Assembly (NCBI GenBank): GCA_045531355.1
Contig: JAZSDW010000028.1
Span: 1-56,852, forward strand
Reading direction: 5' to 3'
Length of the DNA stretch: 56,852 nt
From: Clostridia bacterium
GTDB lineage: Bacteria; Bacillota; Clostridia; UMGS1883; UMGS1540
Under the pieces are notes generated by a model. It did not search any database, was not told the origin of the DNA, and worked only from the letters and a program-made list of their open reading frames with translations. The translations under genes were made by a program, and so were the position numbers. Within the stretch, counting starts at the first letter, position 1. Every line of letters begins with the position of its first letter. Shown here one piece after another: positions 47,779-55,754 of the stretch.

Positions 47779-48563
47779 CGAAGTGCTCCCTCCTTTACAC
47801 CGAGCGCCTCTGCCAGAAGCTCTGTAAAATAATAGACCGGCAGCTTGTCGCTCTTATTTAAATTATACATGCAAAGCGGACAGGCCGTAAGCAGCATTTC
47901 CGCCCCAAATCCCGCCGCATTTTCCATAATCGTATCGCACATGTTCTTCGCGCGCTGGCCATCAGAAAGCGAGGCATAGCCGCCGCAGCACTCGTTCCGC
48001 ATGGCATAGGAAACGGGCTCAGCGCCTATTGCGCGGATAAAGTCCTCTATAATCGTCGGGCTTTCCGGGTCATCAAAGGCCATAATCTGCCCCGGACGAA
48101 GCAGAAGGCAGCCGTAATAAGCACCGATTTTTCTGCCGGTAAGCGGGTTCTTTACTTTTTTTGCGAGTTCGTCGAAGCCCACCTTGTCCCGCAGAACCTC
48201 CAGAAAGTGCAAAACCTCGGTTTCGCCCTGATACGGCACTTCATTTTGCATATAGAGATTGGCCGCATCCCGGATTTTCGGCACATGCTTCATATCGTCA
48301 TTGACACGCTTTAAGACATGGTGGCAAGCCGAGCAAAGCGTTACAAGCGCCTGCCCCTTTTCTCTGGCGGCGCAAAGCGCGCGCACAGAAGAAAGCTTTG
48401 TGGCAATTTCGTCTGTTCCCAGCGGATACACACCGCCGCAGCACTGCCAATCCTCGACTTCCTCCAGCGTAAAGCCCAGCGCCTTTGCCGATGCTCTTGC
48501 ATACGCATCCAGCGCCTTCGCCTTCGTGCGCAGCGTACAGCCGGGATAATAGCTATACATCAT
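47775..48563 (-). CDS. hdrB: Heterodisulfide reductase subunit B-like (two CCG domains)
   Basis: YYPGCT, WQCCGG and NECCGG motifs. Confidence 0.85.
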   Translation of the reverse strand: MMYSYYPGCTLRTKAKALDAYARASAKALGFTLEEVEDWQCCGGVYPLGTDEIATKLSSVRALCAAREKGQALVTLCSACHHVLKRVNDDMKHVPKIRDAANLYMQNEVPYQGETEVLHFLEVLRDKVGFDELAKKVKNPLTGRKIGAYYGCLLLRPGQIMAFDDPESPTIIEDFIRAIGAEPVSYAMRNECCGGYASLSDGQRAKNMCDTIMENAAGFGAEMLLTACPLCMYNLNKSDKLPVYYFTELLAEALGVKEGALR

Positions 48564-48575
48564 TTGTCGCTCCTC

Positions 48576-49523
48576 CTACTCTAAATCCAACTGTTTAATA
48601 ACATCCTTCAGTACATTGGCGCTGTGGTGCAGCTTCTTATATTCCTCCGCATCCAGCGGAACCGGCAGCTTGCCGAGAACGCCACCGCAGCCGATTCTGG
48701 TCAGCGTACTGATGCACACATCCTCTAAATCATATTCCCCGTGCATCATCGAGGAAACCGTTACAATCGAGGTTCTCGGCGCTACCAGAATGTTACAGAG
48801 GCGGCAAACGCTCATCGCAACGGCATAGTAGGTTGCGCCCTTTCCTTCAATAATCATGCCGCCGGATTTGCGGACACGCTCTTCCATCGTCTCTCTGTCC
48901 ATCGGGGGCAGATTGTCGCCACATGCTTTGGCAAGCTGGGTGTATTCCTCCACACTCACCGTCGAAATGCGCGCGCAGGACCAGGGCACGAACGAAGTGT
49001 CACCATGCTCACCGAAAATATAGGCATGAATGCTCTTTTGCGCTACGCCGAAATGCTCCGAAAGCGCATGACGGAGACGCGAGGTATCGAGAAGCGTTCC
49101 CGAACCGAGAACCTGCCTTTCCGGAAGCCCGGATTTCTTCATAAACACATAGGTGATAATGTCTACGGGGTTGCTTACAACGATATACACCGCATCCGGC
49201 GCCGCCTTGGCAATCTTCGGCGCAATTTCCTTTATAATATCCACATTCGTCTGCGCGAGGTCAATACGGCTCTGCCCTGGCTTTCTTGCGACACCCGAGG
49301 TAATAATTACAATATCAGAGCCTTTTGCATCTTCGTAATCCCCGCTGGTAACCGAAATGGCATCGCGGAAGCTTGTGCCCTGCATAATGTCCATAACCTC
49401 GCCGCCGGCTTTCTTCTTGTTAATGTCAATGAGAACAATTTCTGTCGCCAGACTCTCCGTAGAAAGGGTGTAGGCAATCGTTGCGCCTACGCTTCCGGCT
49501 CCGATAATAGTAATCTTGCTCAT
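48576..49523 (-). CDS. LDH-family NAD-dependent 2-hydroxyacid dehydrogenase with Arg at the Q102-equivalent position (predicted malate/oxaloacetate preference)
   Basis: IIGAGSVGA, the LDH active-site signature IFGEHGDTS, and DTSRLR. The specificity loop reads SGVARKPGQSRIDL (Arg codon at 49284-49286), where LDHs have Gln. Confidence 0.8.
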   Translation of the reverse strand: MSKITIIGAGSVGATIAYTLSTESLATEIVLIDINKKKAGGEVMDIMQGTSFRDAISVTSGDYEDAKGSDIVIITSGVARKPGQSRIDLAQTNVDIIKEIAPKIAKAAPDAVYIVVSNPVDIITYVFMKKSGLPERQVLGSGTLLDTSRLRHALSEHFGVAQKSIHAYIFGEHGDTSFVPWSCARISTVSVEEYTQLAKACGDNLPPMDRETMEERVRKSGGMIIEGKGATYYAVAMSVCRLCNILVAPRTSIVTVSSMMHGEYDLEDVCISTLTRIGCGGVLGKLPVPLDAEEYKKLHHSANVLKDVIKQLDLE

Positions 49524-49576
49524 GTTTTTCGTCCTTTCTTTTTCGGCGTATGCCGTATACTACTTCACTATTATTT

Positions 49577-49605
49577 TTTATATCACATTGTTAAAAATTT
49601 ATCAA
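49577..49605 (-). promoter_or_regulatory. Candidate operon promoter overlapped by a Rex-like operator
   Basis: On the minus strand: TTGATA, 17 nt, TGaTATAAA. The 18-mer TTGTTAAAAATTTATCAA (49588-49605) compares with the Clostridial Rex consensus TTGTTAANNNNTTAACAA at 1 mismatch. Confidence 0.45.
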
Positions 49606-49729
49606 GTCTTTTTTGCGAAAAAACGCAAAAAAATTGCAAAAAGAGCATTTTGACGAAAAAATCTTTGAAAAATCGTCAAAGAACCGTGATTTTTCTCTAT
49701 TTTTTGCAATTTTTCGCGATCGGTGTTCC

Positions 49730-50281
49730 TTAAATCGTTATAACGCCCAGCGCACTTAAGACAGAGGTCAGTAAAATCAATAAAATGCACATCGGTGCAA
49801 TATAGCGAATCATAACGATGAAGAGTTTTTTGCCCGCAAAGCGGCCGGTTTTCTCAACCTCCGAAACGAGCGCATCCGGCTTTAGCAAAAAGGCAGGTTA
49901 AAAAGGCTACAATGGGCATTAAAAGGCTATTGGAAATAAAGTCAAAGAAATCGAGGAAGGTAAAGCCCAGAATGCGGATGCGCGACCAAAGGCCGTTTCC
50001 GAGCAAAGAGGGAATCCCCAAAAGTACAGACCCGGCCAGTACGGCAAGGCAGCTCGTCATGCGCTTCCAGCCGAAGCGGTCCTGCAAAATGGAAACCACC
50101 GTTTCCATCAGGGAAATGGACGAGGTCAGCGCCGCAAAAAACACGAGCAGGAAAAAAAGGCCGCCCAAAATTTCGCCGTCAGATACGGGAACCGCCAGAT
50201 GTTTCCGAGTCCCACGGCCGAGCCGGCCGCTGCCAGCACAAAACCGATTTTTCCTGTAAAGATGCTTCTTCCCTGTTGCAT
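49730..50281 (-). pseudogene. Decayed neurotransmitter:sodium symporter (NSS/SNF) family transporter gene
   Basis: ATG 50281 follows GGGAGGAAG and gives [37 protein letters not shown]. The reading then jumps frame to ..[26 protein letters not shown].. (tracked ORF 49854-50420). A third frame encodes PDALVSEVEKTGRFAGKKLFIVMIRYIAP...VITI stop. Confidence 0.75.
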
Positions 50282-50349
50282 TTTTCTTCCTCCCTGTTGG
50301 ATTTTCCACTCTTAGCATGTGCAAATTGATTCCATGGATTGCCTTTTGT

Positions 50350-51084
50350 TTACGCGCCCTCGGGCACGAACGCGGGCATGGGACGAAGCTTAAAGAGATT
50401 CGCCCGGTGCCGTCGGTCAATCTTTTCCTTTATGTCAGCATCCGGAATCGCATTGTTTCGGATATAGGCGTCGAGCACCTTATAGGTAAAGCCGAGGTTT
50501 TCCTCGTCACTTTTGCCGCAAAGGCCGTCAATCGGCGTTTTGTAGACGAGCGCAGGGGGAAGCCCCAATGCTGTCCCGATTTCGAGAATTTCCGTAACGG
50601 TCAGATTCGCAAGCGGCGAAAAATCGCCGGCTGCATCGCCGTATCTTGTCGAATAGCCCACATAATCCTCGGACAGGTTGCAGGTATTGGCAACGCGCCC
50701 GTCAAGGCTTTGCGAAACGGCATACAGCGTTGCCATACGGATGCGGGGGGGAAGATTCGTTCTTGTCTGCGCCGTCACCGCCAAATCCGCCGGAAGGCTC
50801 GCAAGCACGCCCTCTACGGCCGCGGCAATATTCACCTCATAATGCCGGATGCCGAGATGCCGGACAAGCGTATACGCCGCATCAATATCGGCCTGCTCGC
50901 CGCAGGGCATCAAAACGCCGACAACGCGTTCTTTCCCAAGTGCCCTTTCGCACAGCGCCGCCACAACCGAGCTGTCCTTGCCGCCGGAAATGCCGATAAC
51001 CGCCGGCGACGCGGGGCCGTTTTCCTTAAAAAAATCCCGAATCCATGCTATGCAATCCTTCGTGACCTTCTCCGCATCAAACAT
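50350..51084 (-). CDS. nadE: Ammonia-dependent NAD+ synthetase
   Basis: PP-loop GISGGKDSSV and NadE-like length (244 aa). Confidence 0.85.
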   Translation of the reverse strand: MFDAEKVTKDCIAWIRDFFKENGPASPAVIGISGGKDSSVVAALCERALGKERVVGVLMPCGEQADIDAAYTLVRHLGIRHYEVNIAAAVEGVLASLPADLAVTAQTRTNLPPRIRMATLYAVSQSLDGRVANTCNLSEDYVGYSTRYGDAAGDFSPLANLTVTEILEIGTALGLPPALVYKTPIDGLCGKSDEENLGFTYKVLDAYIRNNAIPDADIKEKIDRRHRANLFKLRPMPAFVPEGA

Positions 51085-51144
51085 GTTTCTCTCCTTTTCA
51101 AAAAACGGACAGGGAGCACCGCTCCCTTATCCGCTTCTTCGTTC

Positions 51145-52566
51145 TTATGCTTTTTCTACGCCTAACAAATCAAGGTGTCTGCCGATGTGGCGGACGAGCG
51201 CCTCGGTGTATACGGCCTCATGCTCGCGCCAAAGCGCGTAGAGCCTGTCACGGAAGGTAAAGCTGCCGTCCGCATTTTTGCGGCTTAAAATAAGGCCGTA
51301 GGTAATATGAATGAGCTGGCGGGCATCATTCTGGTCAAAATAGGACGGAAGCGCCGCGTCGGTAAGTGTATCGAGCGCCGGAATCTTCGAAAGGTCCGTC
51401 GTTACATGGTAATACTTTGTAGCCTCGTCAAACGCTTCGAGCGCATACGCGTGCACCTCACGGTAGAACTTCGGGTCCACCATACTGATAACGCGCATCG
51501 CTTCCAGCCAGTTTGTGCCCGCGGTCTTGACATGAAAAATGCCGCGTGTCTTTTCGCCGATAATCGGGAAGGTCGAAAATTTGTCCGAGCCGGAATGGAT
51601 GCTCAGCTTATAGCCAAAGTGGCGTGCAAGCTGACTATGTACCGTCATCTCGCTCGTAAACTGGTCAAGGTCGCCGATATAGTCAATTCCCTTCTGGAAC
51701 TCACCGCAGAAGCGCGGGGCCATCGTTTCAAATTTCACGCCGCGACGAATCAGTTCGTTCGCAACAAAGAAATGCTGCAGAGGCGTGGTGGGGGTAAGCG
51801 TTTCGTCAATCGAGATTTCAAAGTCGGCATTGTATGTACCGCCTTTGAAAAATTCTTCATAAATGGAAACGGCAAAATCAATTGCCTTTCCGTATACGAG
51901 CACAATGCGGCGAAGCTCTTCTTCGGTAAAGGAAATCGAAATCCCTTCGCCGATGTCGAAGCTTTTTGAAAGATAAAGCCCTTCCAGCTCTGCATTTTTC
52001 TCATACCGTGCCGCGACTTCCGCATCGGTTAAATCTGCGGCGGCGTTGTCGATATAGTCCGAGCAGTCGAGCGTAATCATCGTAAAGCCAAGATCCAGCG
52101 CGTAGCGGACATCCTCGGGCTTTTTCAAATGGTCGCCATCCGCGCCAAAGCCCTTTTCGTATCCGTCACGATACGCCGTAAAAGACGCACAGTCCAGAAC
52201 ATCTTCGTAGGTGCGGTCCGTCAGCGTCAGCTCGCGCATCGACTGCTGCGCCAAAACCGGATACGCATCATATTTCTCAAACACGGCAATATGGCCGGGC
52301 GTTGCAATCCCGAGTCTGTCCCCAACGCCAAAGCTCCGCTCTTTACCTAAAACGCGGATGGGAGCGGTAAATGGGAACAGGCTGCGCAGTGTGCAGGCGT
52401 TCTCATGGTTTAAGGGTGCCACCACCGTGTCTTTTCCGTCAATTTTACATTTCTCGCCGACAAAGCCGACATCACCTTCCGCATAAATTGCGGTTTTTCC
52501 ATCGGCTTCTGCCATATAAATGCGGACGCCATCCTTCTCGCGGACGGACTTTTCAAATATCTTCAT
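51145..52566 (-). CDS. uxaE: Tagaturonate/fructuronate epimerase UxaE-like protein
   Basis: Overall resemblance to the UxaE family (SFGVGDRLGIATPGHI, GADGDHLK). Start set at ATG 52566, which follows GGGAGGAAAG. Confidence 0.5.
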   Translation of the reverse strand: MKIFEKSVREKDGVRIYMAEADGKTAIYAEGDVGFVGEKCKIDGKDTVVAPLNHENACTLRSLFPFTAPIRVLGKERSFGVGDRLGIATPGHIAVFEKYDAYPVLAQQSMRELTLTDRTYEDVLDCASFTAYRDGYEKGFGADGDHLKKPEDVRYALDLGFTMITLDCSDYIDNAAADLTDAEVAARYEKNAELEGLYLSKSFDIGEGISISFTEEELRRIVLVYGKAIDFAVSIYEEFFKGGTYNADFEISIDETLTPTTPLQHFFVANELIRRGVKFETMAPRFCGEFQKGIDYIGDLDQFTSEMTVHSQLARHFGYKLSIHSGSDKFSTFPIIGEKTRGIFHVKTAGTNWLEAMRVISMVDPKFYREVHAYALEAFDEATKYYHVTTDLSKIPALDTLTDAALPSYFDQNDARQLIHITYGLILSRKNADGSFTFRDRLYALWREHEAVYTEALVRHIGRHLDLLGVEKA

Positions 52567-52599
52567 ATTTCTTTCCTCCCCTGAATACTGACTAGGAAA

Positions 52600-52628
52600 A
52601 GTATACCACAACGGCAAAATCTTGTCAA
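52600..52628 (-). promoter_or_regulatory. Sigma-A promoter of the uxaE-like gene
   Basis: On the minus strand: TTGACA, 17 nt, TATACT. Confidence 0.55.
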
Positions 52629-52641
52629 GAAAAAATAATGG

Positions 52642-52670
52642 TTTACAAATCCGGAAATCTGTGGTATAAT
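52642..52670 (+). promoter_or_regulatory. Sigma-A promoter of pfp
   Basis: TTTACA, 17 nt, TGgTATAAT. Confidence 0.6.
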
Positions 52671-52707
52671 AATGTATAAATTAACATAAGAAAGAGGAGA
52701 GTTTAGT

Positions 52708-54366
52708 ATGGATATTTCAGCATTGCAAAAAGCAAGGTATGCGTATGTGCCGAAACTTCCGGAAATGCTGCAGAGCGGTATCGCCAGTATCAGCGTGCAG
52801 GAAGGGGCGGAAACGAAAAGCGTAGCCGATTGCGAAAAAATTCAGGCCCTGTTCCCGAACACCTACGGCAAGAAGGAAATCGTGTTTAAGAAGGGTACAA
52901 ACACCTCGCAGGCTAAAAAGCAGGTCGTCGGCGTCATTCTTTCCGGCGGACAGGCGCCGGGCGGGCACAATGTTATCTGCGGCCTTTATGATGCACTGAA
53001 GGCTACAAACCCTGAAAATGTTCTTTACGGCTTTAAGGGCGGCCCGAGCGGTCTGATTGAAGATGACTATCTGATTTTTGACGATGCGTATATCGATGCG
53101 TACAGAAATACGGGCGGTTTTGATATTATCGGTTCCGGCAGAACGAAGCTGGAGACAAACGAGCAGTTCGCGCTCGTGGCCGAGGTTTGCAAAAAGCACG
53201 GCATTACCGCTATCGTCATTATCGGCGGAGATGATTCGAATACCAACGCCGCCGTTTTGGCAGAATATTTTGCCGCACATGATGCGGGCGTGCAGGTTAT
53301 CGGTTGCCCGAAAACGATTGACGGCGACCTTAAAAACGAAGATATCGAATGCTCCTTCGGCTTTGATACGGCAACCAAGACCTACAGCGAGCTGATTGGT
53401 AATATCGAAAGAGACGCAAACTCCGCCAAAAAATACTGGCACTTTGTGAAGGTGATGGGCCGCTCGGCTTCCCATGTTGCGCTCGAATGTGCGCTGGAAA
53501 CGCAGCCGAACATCTGCCTTGTTTCGGAAGAAGTTGCCGCAAAGAAAATGTCCCTCTCCCAAATTGCAGACTATATCGCCGATGCGGTAGCCGCAAGATC
53601 GGCAAAAGGCATGAACTTCGGCGTTGCCATTATCCCGGAAGGCGTTGTGGAATTTGTGCCGGAATTTTCCGCACTGATTCAGGAAATCAACGAGCTTCTC
53701 GCCGGCAGCCGTGCGGACGAATTTAATGCGCTCCCCTCTTGGGACGAAAAATATGCGTTTATTGAAAAAGGGCTCTCGAAAGCCGCCATGGAAGTGTTCG
53801 CCATTTTGCCGCAGGGCATCCAGCAGCAGCTCTTCCTCGAAAGAGATCCGCACGGCAATGTGCAGGTTTCCCTGATTGAGTCGGAAAAGCTCTTCTCGGC
53901 GCTCGTTGCCGATAAGCTCGCCGCCAGAAAGCGCGCCGGCGCCTTTAGCGGCAAGTTCAGCCCGCTCCACCACTTCCTCGGCTACGAAGGCCGTTGCGCC
54001 TTCCCGTCGAACTTTGACGCGGACTATTGCTACTCCCTCGGCTACAACGCCTTTATGCTGATTCAGTACGGCTACAACGGCTACCTGTCGAAGATTTCCA
54101 ACCTGTCAAAGCCGGCCGCCGAATGGATTGCAGGCGGTATGCCGATTACGAAGATGATGAACATCGAAAGAAGACACGGCGAGGATAAGCCGGTTATCCG
54201 CAAAGCACTCGTAGAGCTTGACGGAAAGCCCTTCCGCTTCTTTGAAGCGCACCGCGACACCTGGGCAATCGAAACCTCGTATCTCTACCCGGGCGCAATT
54301 CAGTACTATGGTCCCAGCGAGGTTTGCGACCGTACGACGGTAACGCTCGCGCTCGAAAAAGAATAA
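52708..54366 (+). CDS. pfp: Diphosphate--fructose-6-phosphate 1-phosphotransferase (PPi-dependent PFK, long form)
   Basis: PFK motifs [17 protein letters not shown] and MGRSASH. The 552-aa length is typical of PFP. Confidence 0.88.
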   Translation: MDISALQKARYAYVPKLPEMLQSGIASISVQEGAETKSVADCEKIQALFPNTYGKKEIVFKKGTNTSQAKKQVVGVILSGGQAPGGHNVICGLYDALKATNPENVLYGFKGGPSGLIEDDYLIFDDAYIDAYRNTGGFDIIGSGRTKLETNEQFALVAEVCKKHGITAIVIIGGDDSNTNAAVLAEYFAAHDAGVQVIGCPKTIDGDLKNEDIECSFGFDTATKTYSELIGNIERDANSAKKYWHFVKVMGRSASHVALECALETQPNICLVSEEVAAKKMSLSQIADYIADAVAARSAKGMNFGVAIIPEGVVEFVPEFSALIQEINELLAGSRADEFNALPSWDEKYAFIEKGLSKAAMEVFAILPQGIQQQLFLERDPHGNVQVSLIESEKLFSALVADKLAARKRAGAFSGKFSPLHHFLGYEGRCAFPSNFDADYCYSLGYNAFMLIQYGYNGYLSKISNLSKPAAEWIAGGMPITKMMNIERRHGEDKPVIRKALVELDGKPFRFFEAHRDTWAIETSYLYPGAIQYYGPSEVCDRTTVTLALEKE

Positions 54367-54378
54367 AAAGCATAAACG

Positions 54379-54411
54379 AAAGGCCACCGATTCGGTGGCC
54401 TTTCTCTTTTT
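54379..54411. terminator. Bidirectional terminator between pfp and the cotJC remnant
   Basis: aaaggccaccg / cggtggccttt stem with T-runs on both strands. Confidence 0.75.
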
Positions 54412-54925
54412 ATCGCGAATACTTATAGCCCGGCAGGTACATTTTATTTTTCTCGCATTGGCCGTCCTGCACCCTTCGAAGCGCTTCGCCAAAGCGCTGG
54501 AAGTGTACGACCTCTCTTGCGCGCAGGAACTTGATAATGTCTGCGACATCCGGGTCGTCGCACATGCGGAGAATGTTGTCATAGGTCGCACGCGCCTTTT
54601 GCTCGGCTGCGAGATCCTCTGTCAAATCCGCAATCGGGTCGCCCTTGCTCTGCAAATACGCGGCCGTAAACGGTACGCCCGCGGCCGAGGCGGGATATAC
54701 AGCAACATTATGGTCCACATAATAATCGCCAAAGCCCTTCTCCCTTGCCTCCTCAGGCGAAAGGTTCCTCGTCAGCTGATGCACAATCGTGCCAATCATT
54801 TCGAGATGCGCCAATTCCTCCGTGCCAATATCGTTTAAAATGCCTTTTGTCACATCGTCCGGCATCGAAAACCGCTGGGACAAATACCGCAGCGAAGCAC
54901 CCAGCTCGCCGTCCGGTCCGCACAA
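54410..54925 (-). pseudogene. cotJC: 5'-truncated CotJC / manganese-catalase-family spore coat gene
   Basis: Similarity starts at GPDGELGASLRYLSQRF. About 30 N-terminal residues typical of the family are missing, along with any cotJA/cotJB. The tracked start is a TTG, and the upstream in-frame sequence is unrelated and A/T-rich. Confidence 0.6.
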
Positions 54926-54987
54926 TCGTAATTGTTTGAGTACTGTTAATAGCAGTTTTATGCTGCTGTTTTTTTATGCAAAGAAAT

Positions 54988-55025
54988 AGAAGTATTTTTT
55001 TCAAAGCTATTGACAAAATACTTCT
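54988..55025. promoter_or_regulatory. Perfect 11-bp inverted repeat bracketing the -35 of the island promoter (candidate operator)
   Basis: agaagtatttt (54988-98) and aaaatacttct (55015-25), separated by 16 bp. Confidence 0.5.
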
Positions 55026-55038
55026 GTGGGAGTATAAT
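55010..55038 (+). promoter_or_regulatory. Consensus sigma-A promoter of the island genes
   Basis: TTGACA, 17 nt, TATAAT. Confidence 0.7.
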
Positions 55039-55076
55039 GTAAGTGTGTAACTCCATGGAAGTACGGAGATGATGAA

Positions 55077-55754
55077 ATGAGTAAGTTTACTATATATCAC
55101 GGTTCGCCTGAAATTATTGAAAAACCACAGTTCGGCAAGGGTAAAACCTATAACGATTACGGCAGAGGTTTTTATTGCACAGAACATATTGAACTTGCAA
55201 AAGAATGGGCTTGTACCGAAGATGTAGACGGCTTTGTAAATAAATATGAGATTGATATGTCAAACCTTAAGGTTTTGAATCTTTCATCTGATGAATATAC
55301 CATTTTACATTGGCTTGCAATGCTGATGAAGTATAGAAAGGTTCGTTTATCTACTCCGGTTATGAAACGTGGTCGTGAATGGCTTATCGAACATTTTATG
55401 CCTGATACAGAAGGCTATGATGCGATTATCGGCTACCGTGCTGACGATTCTTACTTCTCCTTTGCAAGAGCATTTGTTAATAACGAAATTTCACTCAATC
55501 AGTTGTCTTATGCTATGCGACTTGGGAAACTTGGAGAGCAGGTTGTTTTAAAGAGCAAAAAGGCATTCGATGAGATTAAATTTGTGTCTTATGAAGTTTG
55601 CGACAACACAATCTATTATGCAAAGCGCAAAGCACGAGACGACGAAGCAAGAGAAGCATTTAATGCCGAACTTGAAAAAGAAGATTTAAACGGACTTTAT
55701 ATGAGAGATATTATTCGTGAGGAGGTAACCCCTGATGATGCGCGCTTACGATGA
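55077..55754 (+). CDS. DUF3990-like protein with H-Y-type ADP-ribosyltransferase-like N-terminal motifs
   Basis: IYHGS (His codon at 55098-100), then GRGFYCT 25 residues later. RBS is GGAGA. A/T-rich codon usage unlike the bulk of the window. Confidence 0.55.
   Translation: MSKFTIYHGSPEIIEKPQFGKGKTYNDYGRGFYCTEHIELAKEWACTEDVDGFVNKYEIDMSNLKVLNLSSDEYTILHWLAMLMKYRKVRLSTPVMKRGREWLIEHFMPDTEGYDAIIGYRADDSYFSFARAFVNNEISLNQLSYAMRLGKLGEQVVLKSKKAFDEIKFVSYEVCDNTIYYAKRKARDDEAREAFNAELEKEDLNGLYMRDIIREEVTPDDARLR

Noticed and set aside
48576-49523. Plain L-lactate dehydrogenase (ldh) call
   Set aside because: The scaffold is LDH-like. The Arg at the Q102-equivalent position and the fumarase/fumarate reductase operon context point to oxaloacetate/malate, so I did not assign the symbol ldh.
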